From: Limisphaerales bacterium
Lineage (GTDB): Bacteria > Verrucomicrobiota > Verrucomicrobiia > Limisphaerales > SIBE01
Direction of reading: 5' to 3'
Assembly: GCA_044225505.1 (NCBI GenBank)
Contig: JBGAIN010000013.1
Coordinates: forward strand, 62,001-84,474
DNA length: 22,474 nt
The notes under the pieces were generated by a model that made no database searches, was not told where the DNA came from, and saw only the letters and a list, made by a program, of their open reading frames with translations. Below, in pieces: positions 9,877 to 17,613 of this stretch (positions are counted from its first letter, which is position 1; the number at the start of each line of letters is the position of its first letter). The position numbers and the translations under genes are program-made.

Positions 9877-9975
9877 AAAGCGCTAGAGGGCTAGCGCAGT
9901 CCAAGACGCTAGCGCGCAAGGGCTAAGCCGCTGAACTCCGCTAGGTTTTGGAGTGCGGCAGACCTCTGCCGCTTT
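9877..9975. repeat. REP doublet (REPIN-like, 99 bp)
   Basis: aaagcgctagagggctagcgcagtccaagac (9877-9907), a 37-bp spacer, and the inverted unit gttttggagtgcggcagacctctgccgcttt (9945-9975). Each unit holds a 7-bp hairpin. Homologous in reverse orientation to the elements at 17308 and 17515. Confidence 0.85.
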
Positions 9976-10033
9976 CTGCGGCGGGCGCAGTGACGAAGCG
10001 TGGCGGAAGAGCCCTGCGTTCGCGGCCCAAAGT

Positions 10034-10065
10034 AAAGTGTAAGAGGGTCTAGCGCGCTCCAAGAC
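10034..10065. repeat. Degenerate single REP unit
   Basis: aaagtgtaagagggtctagcgcgctccaagac resembles 9877-9907 with a broken left stem arm. The motif ggcccaaag lies at or just before the left end of both. Confidence 0.6.
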
Positions 10066-10388
10066 AGTGCCGCGCAAAGATTCACCAGCGCCACGGCGAG
10101 AATACCTGCGTAGTTCATATTATTAGGGATTTAATCAACAACCGCTAGGTTAAGGGGAGGGGGCTTCCGTCCTTCCTCGAGGCAAAAGACGGTGCCCAAG
10201 GTGGGGCGCGCCCGCCCAGTGTTCCTTGCTTCTCCCTGGGTTGGTGACGAAATGTCTCCAGCAGCCCATAAGTGCAGACGAATCGGGCAAAACAGTGCCT
10301 CTGCGTGAAACTCGCGCTTCCTTGGAGGAGGCGTGTTCGGCCTCCTGCTTTCGTTTCACCTCAGCGATTGAGAGTTCGTCGGCCGCTT

Positions 10389-10700
10389 TTAGTGCGCCAA
10401 AGGGAGGGCGTATTCCCGCCCTGCGCCGGGAGCGACAAACGCCCGATGCAATTCGATCTTAAGTGCCACAATCTGAGTGGCTTCTTGCACACGCGCGGGA
10501 TCAATGACTCGGTTTTGCATTAGGGCATCCGCGATCGCTACGCTGAGTCGATGAGTGTCGTTAGGTTTCACGACCGGAGACTCTGGCAGACCCTGAGAGG
10601 GAGTCTTCTCAGCGCATCGAGCTAGTTCAACCAACCCCACGATCAGCAGCATCATCATTCCAATCACGACCAAAACCTTGCACACAAGCTCGACATTCAT
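10389..10700 (-). CDS. Hypothetical small membrane protein (103 aa)
   Basis: ATG 10700 preceded by ggagttggaag. N-terminal TM (VLVVIGMMMLLIVGLVELA) and a plausible helical C-terminus. The longer ORF version overlaps the divergent gene and is unlikely. Confidence 0.5.
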   Translation of the reverse strand: MNVELVCKVLVVIGMMMLLIVGLVELARCAEKTPSQGLPESPVVKPNDTHRLSVAIADALMQNRVIDPARVQEATQIVALKIELHRAFVAPGAGREYALPLAH

Positions 10701-11019
10701 CTTCCAACTCCGTTCCGCATCAATGGATTGCAATATTTCAGAATACCATTTCCTCCAACCTTCCAGCCCGCGCTCTCGGTCGCGCCGCGGCTGCACCTGG
10801 GCAACGCCTGGATTTAAGCCAAATTCGTGCCAATCTGCCGGGCTTTCGGCCTGAGCCGGTCGTGGACCTCTTCTGGGCGTTCGATCCATCGGCGTCGCGC
10901 TCGCGCAGGAGGCCATCCGCGCCGTGTTTCCAGGCTGCGTCCAAGCCCGTTGCTGCGCTGCTGCGGGCGGAGTGCCTCGGACCTTGCGTTTTTCTAGACC
11001 GGACGTCACAGTCGATCGT

Positions 11020-12348
11020 ATGAAATTCCCGTGGTTGGTGCTTGCTCTAAGCTTCTGCACTTTTGGTTGGTCGGCCTTGGCTCAAACGGTTCCTGACCGG
11101 AAGGCGGCTGTTCTCAAAGATCGGGCGACGATGGAAAGCGATGCTCGCTGGATCTATAACGATTACGAGCGGGGCTTTGAGGAAGCGAAACGCACGGGCA
11201 AACCGGTGCTGGTCGTGCTGCGTTGCATTCCTTGTTTGGCTTGCGCCGGAATCGACGCGAAAGTCGTGCTGGAAAGTGGCGAACTCTCTCCGTTGCTCGA
11301 CAAGTTCGTCTGCGTTCGCGTCATCAATGCCAATACGCTCGATCTCTCCCGGTTTCAATTCGACTTCGACCTCTCCTTTACGACCATGATTTTTAACGCG
11401 GACGGCACGGTCTATGGTCGTTACGGTTCTTGGACCCACCAAAAGAATCCCCGCGAGGAAACGACCGAAGGGTTTCGAAAGACTTTGGAAGCGGCCTTGG
11501 ACTTGCACCGGAACTATCCCGCCAATAAAGCAGACTTGGCCGGGAAACAGGGAGCGGTGACGCCCTATAAGTCGCCTCTCGAACTTCCAACCATTCAGGG
11601 GAAATACACCCGCAACTTGGATTGGGAAGGGAAAGTGGTTGCGAGTTGCGTGCATTGCCACCAGATCGGCGATGCCCTGCGAACCTCCTACCGAACCCGC
11701 AAGGAAACAATTCCATCCAAACTGATCTACCCTTTTCCGTCCGCGGAGACGGTGGGGGTGGAACTGGCCGTCGACGGACTTGCGCATGTGAAAGGCGTCG
11801 CGACCAGCTCCGCGGCGGAACGGGCAGGAATCCAGGCCGGAGATGAAATCGTTCGGCTCGCTGGTCAACCGTTGCTTTCAATCGCCGATTTCAGCTGGGC
11901 GTTACATCAGGCGCCCGATTCCGGAGAGATCCCTGTGGAAGTCCGGCGCGGCGATCAAAGATCAACCCTCACGCTGGCGCTGAACGACGGTTGGCGGAAT
12001 CACTCGGACATTTCGCGCCGCGTTGGCACTTGGGGAATGCGCGCTATGGCCTTGGGCGGATTGCAATTGGAGGATTTGAGCAAGGAAGAACGGGCGCGAC
12101 GCGGCCTTGAGCTGGATCGCCTCGCATTGCTGGCGAAACATGTGGGGGAGTACGGCGAGCATGCCGCCGCCAAGAAAGCGGGATTCAAGAAGGGTGACAT
12201 CCTGGTGGAAGTGGCAGGGGCAACGACACGTGAGACGGAAGGCGAATTGATCGGCCGATTGCTCAAGAACTACCCAGCAGGATCGTCGGTCAAAGCCACG
12301 GTCTTGCGGGGTGAGGAGCGGGTTGAACTTAACCTGCCGATGCAATGA
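11020..12348 (+). CDS. Secreted thioredoxin-like (Trx7) / PDZ domain protein with CxxCH motif
   Basis: Signal peptide MKFPWLVLALSF..ALA. W.....GFEEAKRTGKPVLVVLRCIPCLAC thioredoxin-like start, SCVHCH, and two PDZ motifs (SAAERAGIQAGDEI, AAKKAGFKKGDIL). Confidence 0.85.
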   Translation: MKFPWLVLALSFCTFGWSALAQTVPDRKAAVLKDRATMESDARWIYNDYERGFEEAKRTGKPVLVVLRCIPCLACAGIDAKVVLESGELSPLLDKFVCVRVINANTLDLSRFQFDFDLSFTTMIFNADGTVYGRYGSWTHQKNPREETTEGFRKTLEAALDLHRNYPANKADLAGKQGAVTPYKSPLELPTIQGKYTRNLDWEGKVVASCVHCHQIGDALRTSYRTRKETIPSKLIYPFPSAETVGVELAVDGLAHVKGVATSSAAERAGIQAGDEIVRLAGQPLLSIADFSWALHQAPDSGEIPVEVRRGDQRSTLTLALNDGWRNHSDISRRVGTWGMRAMALGGLQLEDLSKEERARRGLELDRLALLAKHVGEYGEHAAAKKAGFKKGDILVEVAGATTRETEGELIGRLLKNYPAGSSVKATVLRGEERVELNLPMQ

Positions 12349-12448
12349 TGGGGCTGGGCGCTGCCAAGGAGCCGACACACCCGCTTCTTCAACAGGCTTC
12401 GCGCACGCTCGATAGCCCCCAGCTTCGCCCTCGGTCGCAAAAACTAGC

Positions 12449-12931
12449 TCATTGGTTTTTGTTGGCAGTCCCGCGCTGACGGTACTGCGTGATCGTAAAC
12501 TCCGGACGTTCCAGAATCGTTTGGACCGCCACGAACTGCTCTTCAAAGGGCGGGAACAGCGTTTCTCCTGTCACTTGCCGATGAACAAGGGTGAGAAACA
12601 GGTCGGAACAAAAGGGCAGCGCCAACTCGTAGATCTGCCGTCCGCCGCAGATGAAAACGTCGCCAGGCTCACTTGCCGGATCAATCTCCGCCAGACTCCG
12701 GACCACCCGCACGCCAGGGATGTTCGTCGCGGTGCGGCTCAGGACGATGGTGCTTCGGTTAGGTAACGGTTTCCCAATCGATTCGTAAGTCTTCCTACCC
12801 ATCACGAGCGTATGACCGGTGGTCGTGGCTTGAAACCAGCGCAGCTCTTCCGGCAAGTGCCAAGGAATGTGATTTCCAGCGCCAATGACTCGGTTGCGCG
12901 ACATGGCAGCGATGGCTTTGAACGCCTTCAT
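12449..12931 (-). CDS. folA: Dihydrofolate reductase
   Basis: 160 aa with AMSRNRVIG, IPWHLPEEL, VMGRKTYESIGKPLPNR, IVLSR, ICGG.QIY and GETLFP. Confidence 0.96.
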   Translation of the reverse strand: MKAFKAIAAMSRNRVIGAGNHIPWHLPEELRWFQATTTGHTLVMGRKTYESIGKPLPNRSTIVLSRTATNIPGVRVVRSLAEIDPASEPGDVFICGGRQIYELALPFCSDLFLTLVHRQVTGETLFPPFEEQFVAVQTILERPEFTITQYRQRGTANKNQ

Positions 12932-12994
12932 GCAGACAATCGTAATGCGGTTGCGTCGCCCGTGCTGGACCTACGGGGAAGCGAGCGCCGGGCA

Positions 12995-14410
12995 CTACTC
13001 CGGCTCCGCGCTGCCTTCCAAGATCAGTTTCCGGGTCTCCGGAAACTGGGCATACCAAAGCCCGAGGACATCGCGCAGGTGTTTGGCATAGCGGTAGTGA
13101 GCGCCCAGGCCGGTTCGCAATTCCGCTTCGTAGATGAATTTGTCCGCGGTCGTGACATGCTCGAACGGAAACTCGGTGCCGAGCAGCGCCCAATAAATGT
13201 AGGTGGGATCCGCCGCTTCGAGAAGCTGCGAAGCTTTAGCGGCGGCGGCCTGGCCCAGCTCGCTCAATTTTCTGAGCTGATCCCGTTGTGCGTCGGAACT
13301 CGGCGCATCGGGCAATTGATCGAGCGCGTGGTAGAAGCCTTGCGGCACCATCGGACAGTACTTGCTGCCAGTGCGGTGTCGGTTGAGATCGCGAATCTCG
13401 GCGAAACCGATCGCGGACCATCCAAATCGGACTCCCATGCGCTGCAAGCCTGTCCCAATCGGGGCGTAGCGATTATCGTGAAACGCCAGGTCTTCAGCGA
13501 TTTGCCCGGGGGCCAGTCCTTCCGGGCTGAAGACCGTCAGGTAAGGCTGAGCGGACTGGCTCTGCGCGGTTGCCGATGACTTTCTGGTTCGAAGCCGTTC
13601 GGCACGGCCGACCAGTCGCCCAAACTCGCGCGTCAACATCAATCGGTTCGATTCGGTGTAACGCGCGTGCTTGACCATGCGAGGCGCGGAAATCTCCAGT
13701 TCCGATCGAATCAGTTCACCCAGTCGAATGCACTCGGGAAGCGGATGCGAGAGTAAATACTGGCAAAGCTGGACCCATGCCCGCGCGGACATGATCAACA
13801 TGAGATTCGTCGCGGCGCTCACGGGAAGGAAATAGCGGGCACGGTCAAAGGCGTAATTGCGCCGCATGCGCTGGACCTTCCGCTGCGACGCGTCGGAGGG
13901 GTCTTGAAGCAAGGAACGCGGAATGCCAGTCAGGGCAGGGTTGGCTTGCGCCATGGAATCCCAGAGATCAAGGGCAGTTTGGTAAGCTTGGAAGGCCGAC
14001 GTCATGCTGGCCAGCCACGCGGTTGATTGGCTGGCGGGGATGCCTAGCTCCTGCGGTGGCACGAGTCCTTCCACGGAGAGACGCAGATAGCGTGTGGAGG
14101 ATTCCTGTCCTCCAGCGGTGGGACAAAGACTCCAAACGTAGTAAGCCAACCAGATCGATACGTTATCGATGAACAGGGCTACCGGCACCATATCGGCGAT
14201 CGATTGATGCCCGTAATCCACCATGCGGAAGATGGAGTCGACAGACTTTTCCAAGTTGGAGGGATCGATCTTGGAAAGAATGGACTCGAGCCCTTCGTTA
14301 TTGCGCGAGTAACGGGCGCCGCTGGCGGCGAGCAATTCTGGAGTCAGAGCAGGGCGGCCCGCGCGCACGGAAGCCTCGCTCGGGCAAATCGCGACTTGGG
14401 TAACTTTCAT
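12995..14410 (-). CDS. thyX: FAD-dependent thymidylate synthase, tandem-domain (Chlamydia-like) ThyX
   Basis: N-half carries ARYSR, YGHQSIAD, QESSTRY and FDRARYFLP. C-half carries RDLNRHR and ELRTGLGAH. At 471 aa it is about twice a canonical ThyX. Confidence 0.82.
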   Translation of the reverse strand: MKVTQVAICPSEASVRAGRPALTPELLAASGARYSRNNEGLESILSKIDPSNLEKSVDSIFRMVDYGHQSIADMVPVALFIDNVSIWLAYYVWSLCPTAGGQESSTRYLRLSVEGLVPPQELGIPASQSTAWLASMTSAFQAYQTALDLWDSMAQANPALTGIPRSLLQDPSDASQRKVQRMRRNYAFDRARYFLPVSAATNLMLIMSARAWVQLCQYLLSHPLPECIRLGELIRSELEISAPRMVKHARYTESNRLMLTREFGRLVGRAERLRTRKSSATAQSQSAQPYLTVFSPEGLAPGQIAEDLAFHDNRYAPIGTGLQRMGVRFGWSAIGFAEIRDLNRHRTGSKYCPMVPQGFYHALDQLPDAPSSDAQRDQLRKLSELGQAAAAKASQLLEAADPTYIYWALLGTEFPFEHVTTADKFIYEAELRTGLGAHYRYAKHLRDVLGLWYAQFPETRKLILEGSAEPE

Positions 14411-17058
14411 GAGGCAATGGAAGCGCTGTTGCTGATAGGGCTGGCGGGCCGTTCATTCAGGCGGCCTGGTTCAGCGGCCGCAGGGAACGCTACCGTGGAC
14501 GGGGGAGGGGCGATCGGTTGGGGTTGTGACGCCGCAGCCCAGGACGCAGGATCCACTTTCGTCAGTCCGAGTTCGGCCGACACTTCATCGAGGAATACGC
14601 CCACCAACCGGCGCAAGTTGCGCTGCTGTTTGGTCAGCCACCAAACGAGCAGAGGTAACGAGAACAAAAGCGCCCAGAGCCACGGAAAATACGGGCTGAG
14701 AAATCCAATGACGAGCAACTCCAGGCCGGTCAACCCCCAGAACACCGTCTCCGCAAATAAGGTCCATACGCTGCGCAAGCGGCAGCGAATCAGTTGTTTG
14801 TTGGCGCCGAAAACTTCGCTGACGGTCATTAATTGAAGGTGCGACCAGCGACTGCCATAAATCTCCAAATCATAATTGTTCCAGCCGACATCGGCTTTAT
14901 TTGGCCAATCGCGCTGGTCTAAACGCTCCATGATGACGCGCAAGAGCTGGTAGCGATCCACCCCACGCTCATCCCAATAACGCAGTTCTCGGAAAGAACG
15001 TTTGCGCGCTTGCACGCTCAGGGAATCGAGCGATTCGTACTTGGAAAGCGGCCGTCGTTGGACGCTGAGCCGGCCGCCGTAGCGTGCCCAGCCCCGCACG
15101 ATCGGTTGCAGGCAAAAGAGCAGCGCGACCAGCGGTCGCGACCAGAATTTTCTCCGGCGCACGGGCAAATCCGCCTGCGCAGCCGCGGCGGCGCAGACGA
15201 TGAGTGGGATAAGTCCTCCCGTCAAGGTGAGCGCAAATAGTGCAGGAAGGACGACCGTAAGGACCAGGAGTGGCATCAGAACCAAAACGTAGTACTCGAG
15301 GCTGGTCACCAGCATCAGTCCGACCGTGGGCGTGGCCGTGTAGAGTGTTTGAAAAAAACCGCTGCCGAACGTGCCGTGATAAATCATGCGCGCGCGCGTC
15401 ACCACGCCCAGTTTCGCCGGCGAGTAGATGCGTCCTTGCCATTGACTGTTCCCATACCAGTTAAAGTACTCGGGATGCCGATGGACCAACATCGCTTCTG
15501 CTTCTCCATAGCCATACTGCTGCCGCAGATACTCTCGCACGGTCGATCGCCGATAATGCCAAACAAATCCGCCCGGGCTAAAACCGATGCGATAACCCCG
15601 TTGTTGAATTCTCCAACAGACATCCACATCGTCGCCCGCCCGCCGAAAGAGCGGGTCAAACCCGCCGATCTCCAGTAACGCCCAGCGGTAAAACGCCATG
15701 TTGCAGCCGGGAATATGCTCGGCAATGCGATCGGTGAGCATGACGTGCGCGGGCCCGCCCGGAGAGACCATCACCGCCGCGGCGACCCACGAGTCTTCGG
15801 GCGGCAGCAAGTTGTGCCCGCCAATCCCCATAAATTCGCTCCGGAGCAGATCCCCGATGAGATAGTGAAGCCAATCTTCATCCGGTCGACAGTCCGAGTC
15901 GGTAAAGGCGACAATCTCGCCTACCGCAGAGTGAATGCCGCTATTCCGCGCCGCGGATAGACCCAGATTGACCGAGTGGGCCACGTAACGGACGGTCGGA
16001 AAGCGAGCGGCGATTTGTGGCGTGTCATCCGAGGAGCCATCGTCCACGAGGATGACTTCGTAATCTGGGTAATTCAAATGCTGCAGCGCTTCCAGGCAGG
16101 CGGGCAGCGTGCGAGCTCCGTTATAACTGGCAACGACGACGGAAACCTTCGGGTAACTGGGCAACGGGAAGTAAGGCGCGGATCGAAACCGATCCTGCAC
16201 CACCGCAAACGCGGCCTTGGGCTGACGATCTCGCGTGGTGAGCCCAAACGCCCAGTCTTCGATTTGACGGCCTCCACGAAACCAATCGTCCGTGAAGCTA
16301 TACACCACCGCGCCAGCAGCTCCGCCTCGGTAAGCTAACTCCAGCTTCCAACTCAGGATCTCCGCCTGGCGTTCTTCCCCTTCCCGCAACGAATCGACAC
16401 CAAACTCACCCAAGACCAGGGGCTTGGCGTCGGCAATCATTTGCAGCCGGGCCAGGTAGTTTTCGAATGGCTTCGGGTTATGGAGATAAACGTTAAAGCA
16501 GTGGAAATCGACGTTTTGGGGCCGAAGAAACTCGGACGGTGGATAGTTCCCAAACGTGCAAGGACAGTCCGGCTCGATCTCTTTGACGATCTCGATCAGT
16601 TCGTCGATGAATTGCGCCGTTTCGCCAGCACCGCTCCAGCGCACAATGTCCGCAGGGATTTCGTTGACGACGCTGAACGCGAAAACCGCAGGATGCGACG
16701 CACAGGCTAACGCCGCTTCTCGGACGGCACGTTTCGCTTCTTCGCGCGTGGTAGCGGACTCCAGGAAACAGACGTGGCGACTCCACGGGACATCGATGAA
16801 GAGTTTGAGCCCATGCGCAACGGCAAGGTCGAGAAACCAGGCATCGGGGACGTAGTAGAGCCGCAATAGGTTGGCACCCAGGCTCTTAATCTGCAAAAAG
16901 TCTTTCGTCGTTTGCTCCGGAGACGCGAAGAACTTGCCCTGGGCATCCGGGGCAAAAGGCCCATACGTCACGCCTTTCACCACAAACTTCTCCGTTCCGA
17001 GACGGAAAAACTTTCCGTCTACTCGAACGCGAAGTCGTGGTTTGTCCGGGCCAGACAT
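14407..17058 (-). CDS. Glycosyltransferase family 2 fused to N-terminal GH-A (GH2-like) TIM barrel, with C-terminal TM helices
   Basis: GH part: KGVTYGPF, VVNEIP (acid/base) and LGEFG (nucleophile). GT2 part: VSVVVASYN, VDDGSSD, FTDSD, GCNMAF, GDDVD and RQQYGYG. Hydrophobic helices follow. Alternative start 17085. Confidence 0.9.
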   Translation of the reverse strand: MSGPDKPRLRVRVDGKFFRLGTEKFVVKGVTYGPFAPDAQGKFFASPEQTTKDFLQIKSLGANLLRLYYVPDAWFLDLAVAHGLKLFIDVPWSRHVCFLESATTREEAKRAVREAALACASHPAVFAFSVVNEIPADIVRWSGAGETAQFIDELIEIVKEIEPDCPCTFGNYPPSEFLRPQNVDFHCFNVYLHNPKPFENYLARLQMIADAKPLVLGEFGVDSLREGEERQAEILSWKLELAYRGGAAGAVVYSFTDDWFRGGRQIEDWAFGLTTRDRQPKAAFAVVQDRFRSAPYFPLPSYPKVSVVVASYNGARTLPACLEALQHLNYPDYEVILVDDGSSDDTPQIAARFPTVRYVAHSVNLGLSAARNSGIHSAVGEIVAFTDSDCRPDEDWLHYLIGDLLRSEFMGIGGHNLLPPEDSWVAAAVMVSPGGPAHVMLTDRIAEHIPGCNMAFYRWALLEIGGFDPLFRRAGDDVDVCWRIQQRGYRIGFSPGGFVWHYRRSTVREYLRQQYGYGEAEAMLVHRHPEYFNWYGNSQWQGRIYSPAKLGVVTRARMIYHGTFGSGFFQTLYTATPTVGLMLVTSLEYYVLVLMPLLVLTVVLPALFALTLTGGLIPLIVCAAAAAQADLPVRRRKFWSRPLVALLFCLQPIVRGWARYGGRLSVQRRPLSKYESLDSLSVQARKRSFRELRYWDERGVDRYQLLRVIMERLDQRDWPNKADVGWNNYDLEIYGSRWSHLQLMTVSEVFGANKQLIRCRLRSVWTLFAETVFWGLTGLELLVIGFLSPYFPWLWALLFSLPLLVWWLTKQQRNLRRLVGVFLDEVSAELGLTKVDPASWAAASQPQPIAPPPSTVAFPAAAEPGRLNERPASPISNSASIAS

Positions 17059-17307
17059 GAGGCTTAGACGCCGCCAATGAGGCATTTAATCAGCGCAACG
17101 CGGTCGGGATCAGCGAATTGCTTCGCTCGGGCGCCGGGGGAACAGAGAATGGTAGACATCTCACGTGCGATCCGTAGCAGAGTCGGCGTCGAGTAGCAAG
17201 GAAGGGATGTTCGATCGAGCGCGCGAGTGGTGTCCGCCGTCTTGATTGTGCTCTTGCTCTTACTCCGTTCCCTCATCTTCGTCCCGTCTTAGTTGCGCTT
17301 CCCCGGA

Positions 17308-17407
17308 AAAGCGGTAGAGGGCTACCGCAGTCCAAGACCTGGCGGAGTGCAGTGGGCTTAGTGCTTGCGCGTCAGCGTCTTGGAGTGCGCCAGACCTCTG
17401 GCGCTAT
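17308..17407. repeat. REP doublet (REPIN-like), array copy 1
   Basis: aaagcggtagagggctaccgcagtccaagac, spacer, then gtcttggagtgcgccagacctctggcgctat. Confidence 0.85.
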
Positions 17408-17514
17408 GGCCTCGGACGCAGATGCGAGTGGTGTCCGCCGTCTTGATCGTGATCGTGCTCTTGCTCTTACTTCGTTCCCTCATCTTCGTCCCGTCTTGGT
17501 TGCACTTCCCCGGA

Positions 17515-17613
17515 AAAGCGGTAGAGGGCTACCGCAGTCCAAGACCTGGCGGAGTGCAGTGGCTTAGTGCTTGCGCGTCAGCGTCTTGGAGTGCGCCAGC
17601 CCTCTGGCGCTAT
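17515..17613. repeat. REP doublet (REPIN-like), array copy 2
   Basis: aaagcggtagagggctaccgcagtccaagac, a 37-bp spacer, then gtcttggagtgcgccagccctctggcgctat. Confidence 0.85.

Noticed and set aside
9909..10118. 69-aa minus-strand ORF with signal-like N-terminus (MNYAGILAVALVNL...)
   Set aside because: It runs through the degenerate REP and the REP doublet, so much of it is repeat-derived. The AT-rich upstream sequence leaves a small chance that it is a gene remnant.
10181..10299. Two sigma-54-like GGCAC...TTTGC motifs on the minus strand
   Set aside because: The GG-to-GC spacing is 11 and 9 nt rather than the required 10.
10326..10346. Intrinsic terminator
   Set aside because: The hairpin is real, but there is no U-tract on the minus strand, where the adjacent ORF ends. 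The plus strand has only a broken T-run and no nearby gene end.
11020..12348. Selenoprotein
   Set aside because: There is no in-frame TGA and all motif positions are Cys codons.
12932..12994. Folate riboswitch upstream of folA
   Set aside because: Only 63 bp, with a weak gcccg/cgggc stem and no recognisable riboswitch consensus.
12812..13579. 255-aa plus-strand ORF and similar long antisense ORFs (6270-7031, 11047-11868, 14204-14836)
   Set aside because: Shadow ORFs opposite well-supported genes, as expected in GC-rich DNA.
12449..17058. Prophage or DNA hypermodification cassette
   Set aside because: No phage, integrase or nuclease genes are present, and the GT has polytopic membrane synthase features.
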